64,000 nt of DNA from an uncultured Verrucomicrobiales bacterium (GCA_963925135.1 CAWUTG010000045.1:1946-65945); one strand, 5' to 3'. Positions 26,239 through 35,740 are shown, counted from the stretch's first letter. A program made the numbers and translations. The notes: generated by a model not told the origin, from the sequence alone.

Positions 26239-29200
26239 TCAGTTTTGGGATGAGAGGGACATTCTTAAGAATTCAAGGGCTCCAGTCGCGGGCGCTGTGC
26301 CCTTGAAGAATAGGGTGCTGGTTTGGCCATCGCCATTATTCGTTCGACCGGCGTAGGTGGCCGGGGCCCAGGAAATGAGGTCGTTGCTCTGCTCACCGCT
26401 GAACACGGTGCCATCGGCTCCGTTGCGAACGATGATTTCCAGTTGTAGCGTGTTCTCGACGATCGTGGCCCGGGTTGCGGGGACATCGGATACGAAGGGA
26501 TTGGTCATGAAAAAGAATTCGGCGAGGTCATTGTATCCGTCCAAATCGGGATCAAGCGAAAGATCAACGATTCCGTTTGCGGAAGCCCAGGCCGAGAGGC
26601 TCTCGCTGTCACTGGTGCCGGGAGTGCCGTTGATCTGGCGACTGCTTCTCCAGTTGATGGGGTCCGAGGCATTGATGCCGGGAGCTGGATTGATGAGCTC
26701 AAGAGAGTATCCGTCTCCATCGGCACTGGTGGGCCAAGGGGCATCATCACGGTAGAATATATCGAGAATGAGTGACCCAAGGGAGTCGAGAAGGATGAGT
26801 TCCTCTCCGCCGTCAGAGAGTTTGTTAGATCCATCCGGGGCCTGGTATTCGCCTGCAACAGTCGTTCCGGCGCCGTAGCGTGAGCGGAAGGCCGTGAGGT
26901 CGCGGGCGATCACGATACGTTCTCCTGGCGGAAGAAGCACTGCGGGGAAGGTGTAAGAGATCCCCGCGGTGAAGGACATTCCTTCAAGGTCGAGAGTGAG
27001 GGTGCTGGTGTTGAAAATCTCGAGGAATTCGTAAGCATCATCGTCCGGGTGATACATGAGTTCGGAGACGACAAGGAGACCCGCTGCCGCCGGGGCAACC
27101 GTGCCGTTTCCGGTGACGGTGATGTTGTCAAAGCCAATGAGGCTTCCTTCGAAATCGTATGCTTCGATGGTGTAGATTTGGGTTCCGGGTTGGATGGGGA
27201 GATCGATGCGGAAGGTGTTGTTGTCGATCCAAGTAACGGGGAGGGCACCGGGTGTTCCGGCGAGTCGAATTTCGCGGACGTCGACCCAGCCGTCACCTTC
27301 GATGGTGAAGGTGGAATCAGAGGTCGATCCGCTGGCGGTGGTGAGCCCGAAGGCCACCGGAGGGATAGCGCTGTTCACCTGGCTCAGTGCGTAGGAAGAG
27401 CGGGAGTTGACGTAGCTCATAAATCCACTGAGGTTTTCGGTCGGCAGGAAGCAGCTATAGTGGGTGGCCCAGGGAGAGAGGTAGCTTGTGTTATAGCTGG
27501 TGTTGATGATGTCCTGGAGGTGTCCGTAGTAAGCTCGTCGGTTGGCTGGAGAGTTGAGGAGTTTGCTCAGATCATCACTGGAAGTGAGACTGGTGGTCGC
27601 TCCCTGGCTGAAGGCGAAGTCCATGTCCCAGGGGAAATAGAGAAATTTACCATCGCCCGGGCGTTGGTAGAACATGGCGTTGTGGCTGGAGCCCGATGAG
27701 TAGCTGTCGCCAATTCCGAAGAGAACCTGAACCGCGAAGGAGCGGAGGAATTGATCGACATCAAGGAGTCGGTCCATGTCGGCGAGATATCCGGAGCTGG
27801 CTCCCTGCCCGTAGGATTGAAGCATCTCAATGAGCGGTCCGTAATTGTCGGCATCGCGATTATTTTTGATGAGCCAATGCCAACGGTAGAGTTCGGGATC
27901 ACTTCCGAGACTTCCGGCACCGACGCCGGCGACACTGTCGGGATTGGGGAGTTTGAGCCCTTCCGGGTTTCCACCAACGGTGGAGGTGGGGTAGTAGATG
28001 AGTTCGAATTCCCAAGCGGTGCCGTCTCCGCCATTCTCATACATGTTGTCCATCCACTCGCTGTCGTAGCGGGATTTGAGAAGCATGGCCGAGCTGGTGT
28101 GTTGGGACTTTGGAGCAATGACGCGGATGAGGTCGTCTTCCATTCCGGGAATTCCTCCTCCGGCATGATTGATGGTGTGTTTGACGAGAATCTCTTTTTG
28201 TGAAAATTGGTTTCCTGAACCTGATCTGTCGATGGCCACCGTTTCATGGGCGCCGAGAAAGAGATCGTCCGAAGGGAAGCGGACATTGAAGCCCACCCTG
28301 ACGTCCTGGGGGCGACCGCGTTGGCTTCCTTTGAGCCGGACGCCGCAGTTGTAGTAAATTTCGCTCTCGTTCCAGATCACGGTGCATCCCAGGCGATCAT
28401 TGCTCATGACATTGGTAATGGTGTGCATGAAATCGCGATCATCGTCGGTCATCACGATGCGGAAGTTGTTGGGTTGGCAGTCGCCGTAATCGAGATCGGC
28501 TTGTCCATCGGAAACGGGAATGATGGCGCGGGAGTCGGGTCCTTCAGCTGGATAGAAAGAGGTGGCGCCATTGTTGTCTTCGGCGACGAGGTAGAACGGA
28601 ATTGTACTCGACGATGACTGTCCGGGAACGATGCCCGACCATTGTCCGTTTTCCAGATCGGTCATGGGAGAACTCAAAAATCCTCCTCCGTTGACCGAAT
28701 AATAGAGGGTGAGTGCGGCGAGGCCATCGGGATCTGAAGCAGTGACTTTGACGAGGGTTGATTCGTTGGCGGCAGGGACTGCAGGCTGGTGGGAGAGGCC
28801 GGTGAGAGTCGGGCCGGCGTTGGAGACAAGAGTTGAGTTGGCGGCTCCGGGAGTACCACCACCTTCAGGCGTATCCAGGAGGATCGTCGTGGCAGCACGG
28901 TTGAAGTAAAGACGGGTGTGGAGTTGGTTGGACCCGGAAAGCCACTTGGCGCGGAAGGAGAATTCGTAAGTGCTTCCGCTGTTGGTAGTGACGAAGGAGC
29001 CTCCGTCTTTCAAGGTCGTCCCGGCGTGATTGTGCTGGTGCTCGGTGGATCCGGTCGTGTTCATGTGGAGAATCTTGTTTCCGCCGCCTTCGGGATTATC
29101 GATCACTTCGGCATGGCGATGGGTGCCGATGAGTCTCCAGGCTTCGGTGCCACCGCTTGAGAAGTTTCCGTTTTGGATGAGTTGGCGGGCGGTGCCATCG

Positions 29201-32200
29201 GGATCTTCAATGACGCTGATGTCGTCGATGAGGAACTCGCCATTGTCGAGGAGTCCAAAGATGAATTCGTGGTAGAGGGTGGGGTCGTTACCGTGGTTGG
29301 CGCCCGCCGCGCGATAGGTGTAGGTTTGCCAGGAACTCCGGGAGCCTTCGTCGCTGGGGGCCCAGCTTCCAGCAACCTTATTATCTGCTTTTGGGTCGAT
29401 GAGTTCGAGGCTGGCACCGCCACCATCAGCCTGGGCCGGCCAGCTGCCACCATCGAAGAAGCGGATTTCATCGACGATATTCTTCGAGAGGTCGCGCAGG
29501 ATTAAGCGTTCACCTCCGCGTGAGAGATTTCCGGCCCAGTCGCCGAAGATGGTCACGCCGGGATAATTGGAAGCGAGGGCCGCCGCATCGCGTGCCACGA
29601 CGAGGTATTCACCCGCATTGAGCGTGGTCGCGTCCGGGAAGGTGAAGGCGATCCCGTCACTGAATTTCCAACCGCTGATGTCGATATCGGACTGGCCGTG
29701 GTTGTGGAGTTCGATCCATTGATCATTGGACTTTGAAAAGGGAACGAAGGGCGTTGATGATTCCAACTTGAGGCCAAAGACGATGTCACTGCTGCCGGTG
29801 GAGTTTTGGTGGACCTCGACCGAAAGTCGGTTGGTTCCCACGTTGAAGAGATTGGCTGGGATTACGACTCCGGAGATGAGATCGGCTTCACCTCCGGCGT
29901 TGGCGAGGGTTGAAAAATTGGTGGGCTCGGCATTCATCTTGTAGCGTTCAATTTCTACACCGTTGAGATAGAAGACGGCACCGTCATCGATTTGATGACT
30001 CATTTGGACCAGTTCGATTCCCGCAATTTGGGCGACACTGAGTGTAAACTCGTGTTCAAAATAAACTGCGGACCCAACGGGGCGGGAGATGGTGGTGTTC
30101 AGAGTAATGGGGAGGGCCGCGCTTTCGAAGCCAATTGGTCCGGGGCCACTCATCCAATTGCCTCCTACGGGGTGGTTCAAAAGCTCCCAATCATTTCCAA
30201 GATCGTTACCAGCTTCGTTGTATCGCCAGTTGGCATTCCAATCGAGAAGAGTGGTGGCTGCGGTGGGTTCTCCACGAATAGGCCGCGGATTATACATCAC
30301 TTCGTTGATGACGATGTCGTGGTTGGTCGTGAAGGTGTTTTCGGATCCAAAGCTGGGCGAGGCGGGGTAGCTCCATCGTCCGTTGGCATCGAGTCCACGG
30401 AGCCGGTTGGTGACGACGCGGGCGTCGGCCAATTCGGTTTGACCAGGCCGCAGAACACTGAGTCGGTCGCCATCCAAGGGAGTGAATCCGAGTGTTCCGG
30501 TATTGATCGACAGTTGCTCTCCGGGATCAATGCTGCCGGAAGTGAAGGTGTAGGAAGTGCCTCCTGAACTTGCGATGACATAGCCAGTGAGATCGAGGGC
30601 GGCCGCACCAAGATTGGCGAGTTCGAGCCGAAATTGGGCGTCATTGGTGGAAGAAATTTCGCTGAAGACGAGATTGGTTTCAACGGCGCTTGGGTCGGCC
30701 GGGAGCTCGGTGGCGCTGAGGGTTGCCTCAAAAAGCATGTCGGCATCTGTGGAGGATTGATGCACCTGGATGGCGAGGACGTTGTTGCCTTGGATAAGAG
30801 ATGAGGATGAAATCGGGATGCCGCTGCTAAGGAAGGCCGGGTCGATCTCGGTTTCGGTAGCACTTCCATGGGAAATGGCACCGGCGGAGATGTTTTCACG
30901 GTGGACTTCTATTCCGTTGAGGTAAACCACGGCCCCGTCATCGACGAGGAGTTGAAGGGTCAGGTTGGTGCGGACGGGATTGCCACCGAAGGCAAAGGAT
31001 TTCCGGAAGTAATGGGTGCCGGCATCGTCAGCTAACTCGGTTTCGAGACTGCTACCACCGCCGCCGCCACCTACGGTCGGTGCCGAGGGTGGGGTGAAGG
31101 TTCCGTTGGCGAGGCCTGCGATGGATGCGGCAGGGAGGGCGACGCTCCAGATGGCGGGATCATCGAGTCGTCCCTGCCATACTTCGGTTCCTTGATCACC
31201 TCCGAAGTAAAAGGGTTGGGGGTTATTGGTGCCTCCGGAAATAGTGCTGCTTTCGGCGACGACGCCATCCCGGTAGTAAGTGAGTGAGGTGCCGTCCTTA
31301 ACGATGGCGTGGTGAACCCAGGTGTTTTGGGGGATGGGCGCGTGATCAACATTACCCGCGGCAGCTCCATTGGTGTGCCATTCGAATTGGTTGGTGGTGA
31401 ACTTGATGAATTCACGTGGGCTGAAATCGCTGCCGGTTGGGCTGTAGCGATTGCCAATGATGACGCTGTTGCTGGCTCCTTGTTGGTCGTAGGCCCAGAA
31501 AGACCAGGTGAAGGTGTTGCTGGTTGTTTGCTGGGGAATGGATCCGGCGTCAGCATAGTCGTCGGTGCCGTCAAAGCTGAGGACTTGTCCCCGGGTTGGG
31601 TCATTGAGCCAGCTTGCTCCGTTGAAGAGTTGGGCGGCTTGTCCTCCGGCGACGGTGTTGGTTGCGGAGGTACCGGAGGTTTCGTTCAGTGGCCAATAGC
31701 CGAGGAGTCCAACTCCGCCGCCGGGGTCATCGGTGTCTCCTGCATAGAAGGTGGCGTCTGCGGCGGACCATCCCGAATCGTCGAAGTTGCTGGCGTGCCA
31801 GTCGGAGGGTGGAGCTGAATTACTGTCGCGGTATTTCCATTCGCGGCCAAGAGCGATGGGCGTGGTCGTGACCGGTGGTTGGTTGGAGGAAGGGAAATTA
31901 ACTTCACCGGGAGTACCGCCGAGGATGGGGCTGGCAACCCAGTTGAAGGGTGAAGCTTGTGCCGAGTCTTCCGAGCGTTTGGTGAGGGAAGCTCCGGTGC
32001 CATCGGCTCCGACGGGCCAATCGTCGTCGTCGCCATAATTGACGACGTCCATGACACGTCCGTTATTGTTGATGAGGCGGAGTTCTTCGCCGCTGTTAGA
32101 AAGTTGTCCGGTGAAGGGGCCCATCGCGTTTTTACCGGCGAGTGAGGGGTTGGCGGGATCAGCAGCGAGCAAGATGAAGCCCCGTCCGGGAACGATGGAG

Positions 32201-32421
32201 CCATTGGGGAAGGTGAAACTAACCCCACGGTCTAGGGACCAACCGGAGATATCGACATCAACTCCCATGAGGCTCCTGAGCTCCAACCACTCGGTGTCGT
32301 TGACCTCGTCTGCGGGGTGGTAGTGAATTTCATTGAAGACAAGGACGCTGTCAGCTACGGCGTTGACCGTGGGGCTGAGCGCGAGGAAAGCGAGAGCGGC
32401 GAGGGAAGTTCGAAAGGACAT
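26239..32421 (-). CDS. 2060-aa secreted multidomain protein: 4 lamin-tail domains, LamG, galactose-binding-like sandwiches, CotH kinase-like domain
   Basis: Signal peptide MSFRTSLAALAFLALSPTVNA. LTD motifs: LVFNEIHYHP..EWLELRS..DISGWSL..VSFTFP, LVFSEIS..RLELANLG, VINEVMYNP...QWIELHNHG..DISGWKFSDGIAFTFP, LVVSELMYHP..EFLEIFN..MSFTAGISYTFP. LamG: LLGYWPLNETSGTSATN...LSFDGTDDYA. CotH-like (aa ~1315-1645): VRLKGSQRGRPQDVRVGFNVRFP, WHWLIKNNRDADNY, FYQRPGDGKFLYFPWDMDFAF. Confidence 0.85.
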   Translation of the reverse strand: MSFRTSLAALAFLALSPTVNAVADSVLVFNEIHYHPADEVNDTEWLELRSLMGVDVDISGWSLDRGVSFTFPNGSIVPGRGFILLAADPANPSLAGKNAMGPFTGQLSNSGEELRLINNNGRVMDVVNYGDDDDWPVGADGTGASLTKRSEDSAQASPFNWVASPILGGTPGEVNFPSSNQPPVTTTPIALGREWKYRDSNSAPPSDWHASNFDDSGWSAADATFYAGDTDDPGGGVGLLGYWPLNETSGTSATNTVAGGQAAQLFNGASWLNDPTRGQVLSFDGTDDYADAGSIPQQTTSNTFTWSFWAYDQQGASNSVIIGNRYSPTGSDFSPREFIKFTTNQFEWHTNGAAAGNVDHAPIPQNTWVHHAIVKDGTSLTYYRDGVVAESSTISGGTNNPQPFYFGGDQGTEVWQGRLDDPAIWSVALPAASIAGLANGTFTPPSAPTVGGGGGGSSLETELADDAGTHYFRKSFAFGGNPVRTNLTLQLLVDDGAVVYLNGIEVHRENISAGAISHGSATETEIDPAFLSSGIPISSSSLIQGNNVLAIQVHQSSTDADMLFEATLSATELPADPSAVETNLVFSEISSTNDAQFRLELANLGAAALDLTGYVIASSGGTSYTFTSGSIDPGEQLSINTGTLGFTPLDGDRLSVLRPGQTELADARVVTNRLRGLDANGRWSYPASPSFGSENTFTTNHDIVINEVMYNPRPIRGEPTAATTLLDWNANWRYNEAGNDLGNDWELLNHPVGGNWMSGPGPIGFESAALPITLNTTISRPVGSAVYFEHEFTLSVAQIAGIELVQMSHQIDDGAVFYLNGVEIERYKMNAEPTNFSTLANAGGEADLISGVVIPANLFNVGTNRLSVEVHQNSTGSSDIVFGLKLESSTPFVPFSKSNDQWIELHNHGQSDIDISGWKFSDGIAFTFPDATTLNAGEYLVVARDAAALASNYPGVTIFGDWAGNLSRGGERLILRDLSKNIVDEIRFFDGGSWPAQADGGGASLELIDPKADNKVAGSWAPSDEGSRSSWQTYTYRAAGANHGNDPTLYHEFIFGLLDNGEFLIDDISVIEDPDGTARQLIQNGNFSSGGTEAWRLIGTHRHAEVIDNPEGGGNKILHMNTTGSTEHQHNHAGTTLKDGGSFVTTNSGSTYEFSFRAKWLSGSNQLHTRLYFNRAATTILLDTPEGGGTPGAANSTLVSNAGPTLTGLSHQPAVPAANESTLVKVTASDPDGLAALTLYYSVNGGGFLSSPMTDLENGQWSGIVPGQSSSSTIPFYLVAEDNNGATSFYPAEGPDSRAIIPVSDGQADLDYGDCQPNNFRIVMTDDDRDFMHTITNVMSNDRLGCTVIWNESEIYYNCGVRLKGSQRGRPQDVRVGFNVRFPSDDLFLGAHETVAIDRSGSGNQFSQKEILVKHTINHAGGGIPGMEDDLIRVIAPKSQHTSSAMLLKSRYDSEWMDNMYENGGDGTAWEFELIYYPTSTVGGNPEGLKLPNPDSVAGVGAGSLGSDPELYRWHWLIKNNRDADNYGPLIEMLQSYGQGASSGYLADMDRLLDVDQFLRSFAVQVLFGIGDSYSSGSSHNAMFYQRPGDGKFLYFPWDMDFAFSQGATTSLTSSDDLSKLLNSPANRRAYYGHLQDIINTSYNTSYLSPWATHYSCFLPTENLSGFMSYVNSRSSYALSQVNSAIPPVAFGLTTASGSTSDSTFTIEGDGWVDVREIRLAGTPGALPVTWIDNNTFRIDLPIQPGTQIYTIEAYDFEGSLIGFDNITVTGNGTVAPAAAGLLVVSELMYHPDDDAYEFLEIFNTSTLTLDLEGMSFTAGISYTFPAVLLPPGERIVIARDLTAFRSRYGAGTTVAGEYQAPDGSNKLSDGGEELILLDSLGSLILDIFYRDDAPWPTSADGDGYSLELINPAPGINASDPINWRSSRQINGTPGTSDSESLSAWASANGIVDLSLDPDLDGYNDLAEFFFMTNPFVSDVPATRATIVENTLQLEIIVRNGADGTVFSGEQSNDLISWAPATYAGRTNNGDGQTSTLFFKGTAPATGALEFLRMSLSSQN

Positions 32422-32504
32422 GTTAGGCAGGGAGATCGAAAATGAGAAATACCGGGCACGCCTCCCAGCTGGATGACTTGCCTGGTGATGAATGGGAGAT
32501 ACTC

Positions 32505-32702
32505 CTAAAAGCTCAGGAGTGCAAAGTGGGCTCTCGCTTGCGACGAAGCATCATTTCCTTGCACGGAGCTGTCGGTGGCGGTGGTGTCGACACCTTCGTC
32601 AAAGGCCCAGTGCCCGATTAGGTCAGCTCGCGATGAGCCTATCAAGACGCCGATCGCTTTTGCCGTTAGTGGATATTTAGAAGGGAATCGCTGAATGTTC
32701 AT
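32505..32702 (-). pseudogene. Orphan 65-codon ORF matching only the N-terminus of a LamG-type exported protein
   Basis: MNIQRFPSKYPLTAKAIGVLIGSSRADLIGHWAFDEGVDTTATDSSVQGNDA then SSQARAHFALLSF*. The motif L.GHW.FDEG..TTA.DSS..GND is the usual start of a Laminin_G_3 domain. No continuation is visible in any frame before the ATG of the giant gene at 32421. Confidence 0.35.
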
Positions 32703-32962
32703 TTTGATCTGCCGCCATAGGAGATGGGGCCCGAGGCCTTAAATTGGAAGCCAGGAACGTGAAGACGCCTCCAGAAGAGGTATTCAGAACGCTTATATTT
32801 TAAAAAGATTCTTATCAATCCAAAAGCGATGGGTGTTGTCACACAAATTATAATATTTTCGTACGAAGAAGAGAGCCGAAGTCCTTTGCTTTCAGTCTCC
32901 CTGAATCTAAGTTGGAGTGACTTATGAGGTCCGGGATTCTCCGCTTTCTTGGCTCAGGCAGG

Positions 32963-35611
32963 TCATTGATTCAGCTCGATCCAGTCGAGGAACATGAGGT
33001 GACCTTTCGTCGGGTGGGTGAAGACGAGATGAATAGCGGCTTCCTTTTCGGGCGATGTGAAAGGTGCACTGAACTCTTGATACTTGTCGTAGCCGCCGGT
33101 GTTGGCGACATGAACGGTGGCGAGAAGCGGGCCGTCTTTGGTGCTTGCCCGAAACTCGACGGTGCCTCCGCCCTCGTTGCCGGAAGCTGCGCGGACGGTG
33201 ACTTTGGATATGGCGGTAAGAGAGACCGGAGGGAGGGTAATACTGCGGCCCGGTTCGATACGGTTGACGGATTGGCCATTGGAGGCTTCAGCTTGCGCCG
33301 CAAGGGTGAGGCCATGGAGAGTGGAGGCTTCAGCTTCAATGCGGTGATGGAAGAGCGTGATTGTTTTCGAAGAGGTCAGAGGATTGGCGGGGGCTTTGCC
33401 GAAGTCGGTGAAGGTGGCCTCGATGATCGCTGATCCGATGTTGGGATCGGAGGGGGCGGTGATCTCGCCCTTGAGCCCGCGTTTCATGGCGGTGATGGGC
33501 TTGTTGGGATCGAGAGAAAAGATCCAGGAGACCATGAGGTGGGCTTCGTCCATGCTGTGTTGCGGGTGGGGAAGCATGGGAATCTCACTCCAGACTCCGG
33601 CGGAGCCTTTGATGACGCGTTCGGTAGAGATGAGTTGCGCTCCCTTTTGGTCCCGATAACGGGTGGCAATGTCCATGAGGGAAGGCCCGACCAGTTTTTC
33701 ATCGATGGCGTGGCAGTTGAAACAGTCGGACTGCTTCATGAGGGAAAGCCCCGGGGCAGCTTCGACTTTTTTTCCGTCGCGGCCGATCCATTGGGCTGTG
33801 ACCAGCATGCGGCTCTCAAAGTCGACTGGCTTTTGGTCTGACGAACCTTCCTCGGCGTCGTCGACGCGAAAGGCGTAAGAGATCTTTTCACCCGGGGTGA
33901 AGAGGGAATGCGAGGAGGGAGCGAGGGCGGTGATGACGGGCGGGGTATTGCCCACGGTGAGAGGGAGTTCGAGAGTGGAGGTGGCTCCGCTGGAATCACG
34001 AACGATCAATCTGGCGAGGTGATTGCCGGGTTCGGTCAGGGTTGCTTCAATGGTTTCACCGGTGCCCAGCGGGATATTCGCTGGAAGGAGGGTCCATTCA
34101 AAAGTGAGATCCTTTTTTTCGGGAGAAGATGAACCAGCTGCCGAGAGTTGGATCTTCAGGGGGACGGGGCCGGCGGTGGGGTGGGCTTGTGCTTTTGCGA
34201 GGGGCGGGAGGTCGCCCCAGCGGTAGGAAATTTTTAAGAGTTTGGCGTCCTTGTTGACTCCCCACGTTTCGCCGTAATCGAGAATATAGAGGGCTCCATC
34301 TGGACCGAAGACCATGTCGGCAGGGCGTCGGATTTTCATGGCCTGGCCAGGTTCGTCGGGTCCCTGGGCAATGCGGACGGCATCGGTAAAGGGCTCGAGG
34401 TTTGAAAAGTTGCCGTGTTCATCGAGGCGAACCCAGACGAGGAAGGGGCGTTGCCAATCGAAATGGAGGATGGCTTTGTCGAAGTATTCGGGGAAGCCGC
34501 CGGTAGTTTTGAATTCGGGCTTGAAGTGGAAGGCGGGGCCGCCGCAGGAAGTACGTCCGCCGCTGCCGAGGAGTGCAAATTGATCCACCCGGGCAGAGGG
34601 ATAGTAAACGAGGGGATCTGCCACGGGAGGGAGTTTTTCGAGGCCGGTATTGTTAGGGCTGAGATTGACGGGGTTCGCGGGATCGAAGGCCGGGCCGGGC
34701 TGGCTATTGGAGAAGTCGAAATCGTGGTAGGCTTGTTTTGCCCGGACGAGTGGCCAGCCGAAGTTGGCGGATTGGCGGATCTGGTAGAGGATGTCGTGCC
34801 CGCGAGGGCCGCGGTCGGGGTTGTCATTTCCGGAGTCAGGTCCGACGTCGCCGACGTAGAGCCAGTTGGTCTTGGGGTCGACCGAGAAGCGCCAAGGATT
34901 GCGGAATCCCATCGCGAAAATTTCGGGTTTGGTTTTTTCGGTGCCCGGGGGGAAGAGGTTTCCTTCCGGGATGGAGTAGGTGGCGTCGGCGTTGATCTTG
35001 AGTCGAAGAATTTTACCCCGAAGATCCTTGGTGTTTGCCGAGGATTTTTGGGCGTCGAAGGGGGATCGGTCTTTGCGTTCGTCGATGGGTGAGAATCCGT
35101 CGGAGGCGAAGGGGCTCGTGTTGTCTCCGGTGGAGAGGTAGAGGAGTCCATCGGGACCGAAGCGAACGGTGCCACCGTGATGGCAGCATTGGTTTCGTTG
35201 TTCGGGAACCTCGAGGATGATTTTTTGCGATGCGAGGTCGAGCTTGCTTTCGGTGATGGTGAAGCGACTGAGGTTCTGTCCGGCGTAGTCGAGAGGTGAG
35301 TGATAGAGGTAGATGTAGTGGTTGGTCAGGAAGTTTGGGTCGAGTGCCATCCCGAGGAGTCCATTTTCCTGCTCATTGGTGACGATGAGTTTCCCCAGCG
35401 TGATTACCTCATTTGTCGCGGGGTTAATGCGTTGAATTTTCCCCGCGATTTCGATGAAGTAGATCATGCCATCCGGTCCGTATTCGAGATGCATTGGCTG
35501 GGGAATGCCGGTGTGCAGGGTTTCGATCTGGAAGCGATGGGCCGGGGGCGATTGCGCGAAGGCCGAGGAGGTAATGGTGAGGAATAGCGCGAGAAGCTTC
35601 ATGGAATTCAC
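32963..35611 (-). CDS. PQQ-dependent sugar (glucose/sorbosone) dehydrogenase-like beta-propeller fused to PKD, cytochrome c and CBM-like domains
   Basis: Signal peptide. GLLGMALDPNFLTNHYIYLYHS, CCHHGGTVRFGPDGLLYLSTGDN and FAMGFRNPWRFSVDPKTNWLYVGDVGPD (SGDH family). PKD-like PLKIQLSAAGSSS...LTFEWTL. Heme site CFNCHAIDEKLVGPSLMDIATRY. C-terminal sandwich VTVRAASGNEGGGTVEFRAST...GGYDKYQEF. Confidence 0.8.
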   Translation of the reverse strand: MNSMKLLALFLTITSSAFAQSPPAHRFQIETLHTGIPQPMHLEYGPDGMIYFIEIAGKIQRINPATNEVITLGKLIVTNEQENGLLGMALDPNFLTNHYIYLYHSPLDYAGQNLSRFTITESKLDLASQKIILEVPEQRNQCCHHGGTVRFGPDGLLYLSTGDNTSPFASDGFSPIDERKDRSPFDAQKSSANTKDLRGKILRLKINADATYSIPEGNLFPPGTEKTKPEIFAMGFRNPWRFSVDPKTNWLYVGDVGPDSGNDNPDRGPRGHDILYQIRQSANFGWPLVRAKQAYHDFDFSNSQPGPAFDPANPVNLSPNNTGLEKLPPVADPLVYYPSARVDQFALLGSGGRTSCGGPAFHFKPEFKTTGGFPEYFDKAILHFDWQRPFLVWVRLDEHGNFSNLEPFTDAVRIAQGPDEPGQAMKIRRPADMVFGPDGALYILDYGETWGVNKDAKLLKISYRWGDLPPLAKAQAHPTAGPVPLKIQLSAAGSSSPEKKDLTFEWTLLPANIPLGTGETIEATLTEPGNHLARLIVRDSSGATSTLELPLTVGNTPPVITALAPSSHSLFTPGEKISYAFRVDDAEEGSSDQKPVDFESRMLVTAQWIGRDGKKVEAAPGLSLMKQSDCFNCHAIDEKLVGPSLMDIATRYRDQKGAQLISTERVIKGSAGVWSEIPMLPHPQHSMDEAHLMVSWIFSLDPNKPITAMKRGLKGEITAPSDPNIGSAIIEATFTDFGKAPANPLTSSKTITLFHHRIEAEASTLHGLTLAAQAEASNGQSVNRIEPGRSITLPPVSLTAISKVTVRAASGNEGGGTVEFRASTKDGPLLATVHVANTGGYDKYQEFSAPFTSPEKEAAIHLVFTHPTKGHLMFLDWIELNQ

Positions 35612-35740
35612 AGGTGTATCGTCAAAAGGTTGAGTGATGATGTCGGGCTGATTGAGGAACGGGAAGGATTAATGTGAAAGAGGATGGACCTTGAAGACGT
35701 TTTTCTATTTCCGGGTGCTCCGGTAGGATGACGATTATCG

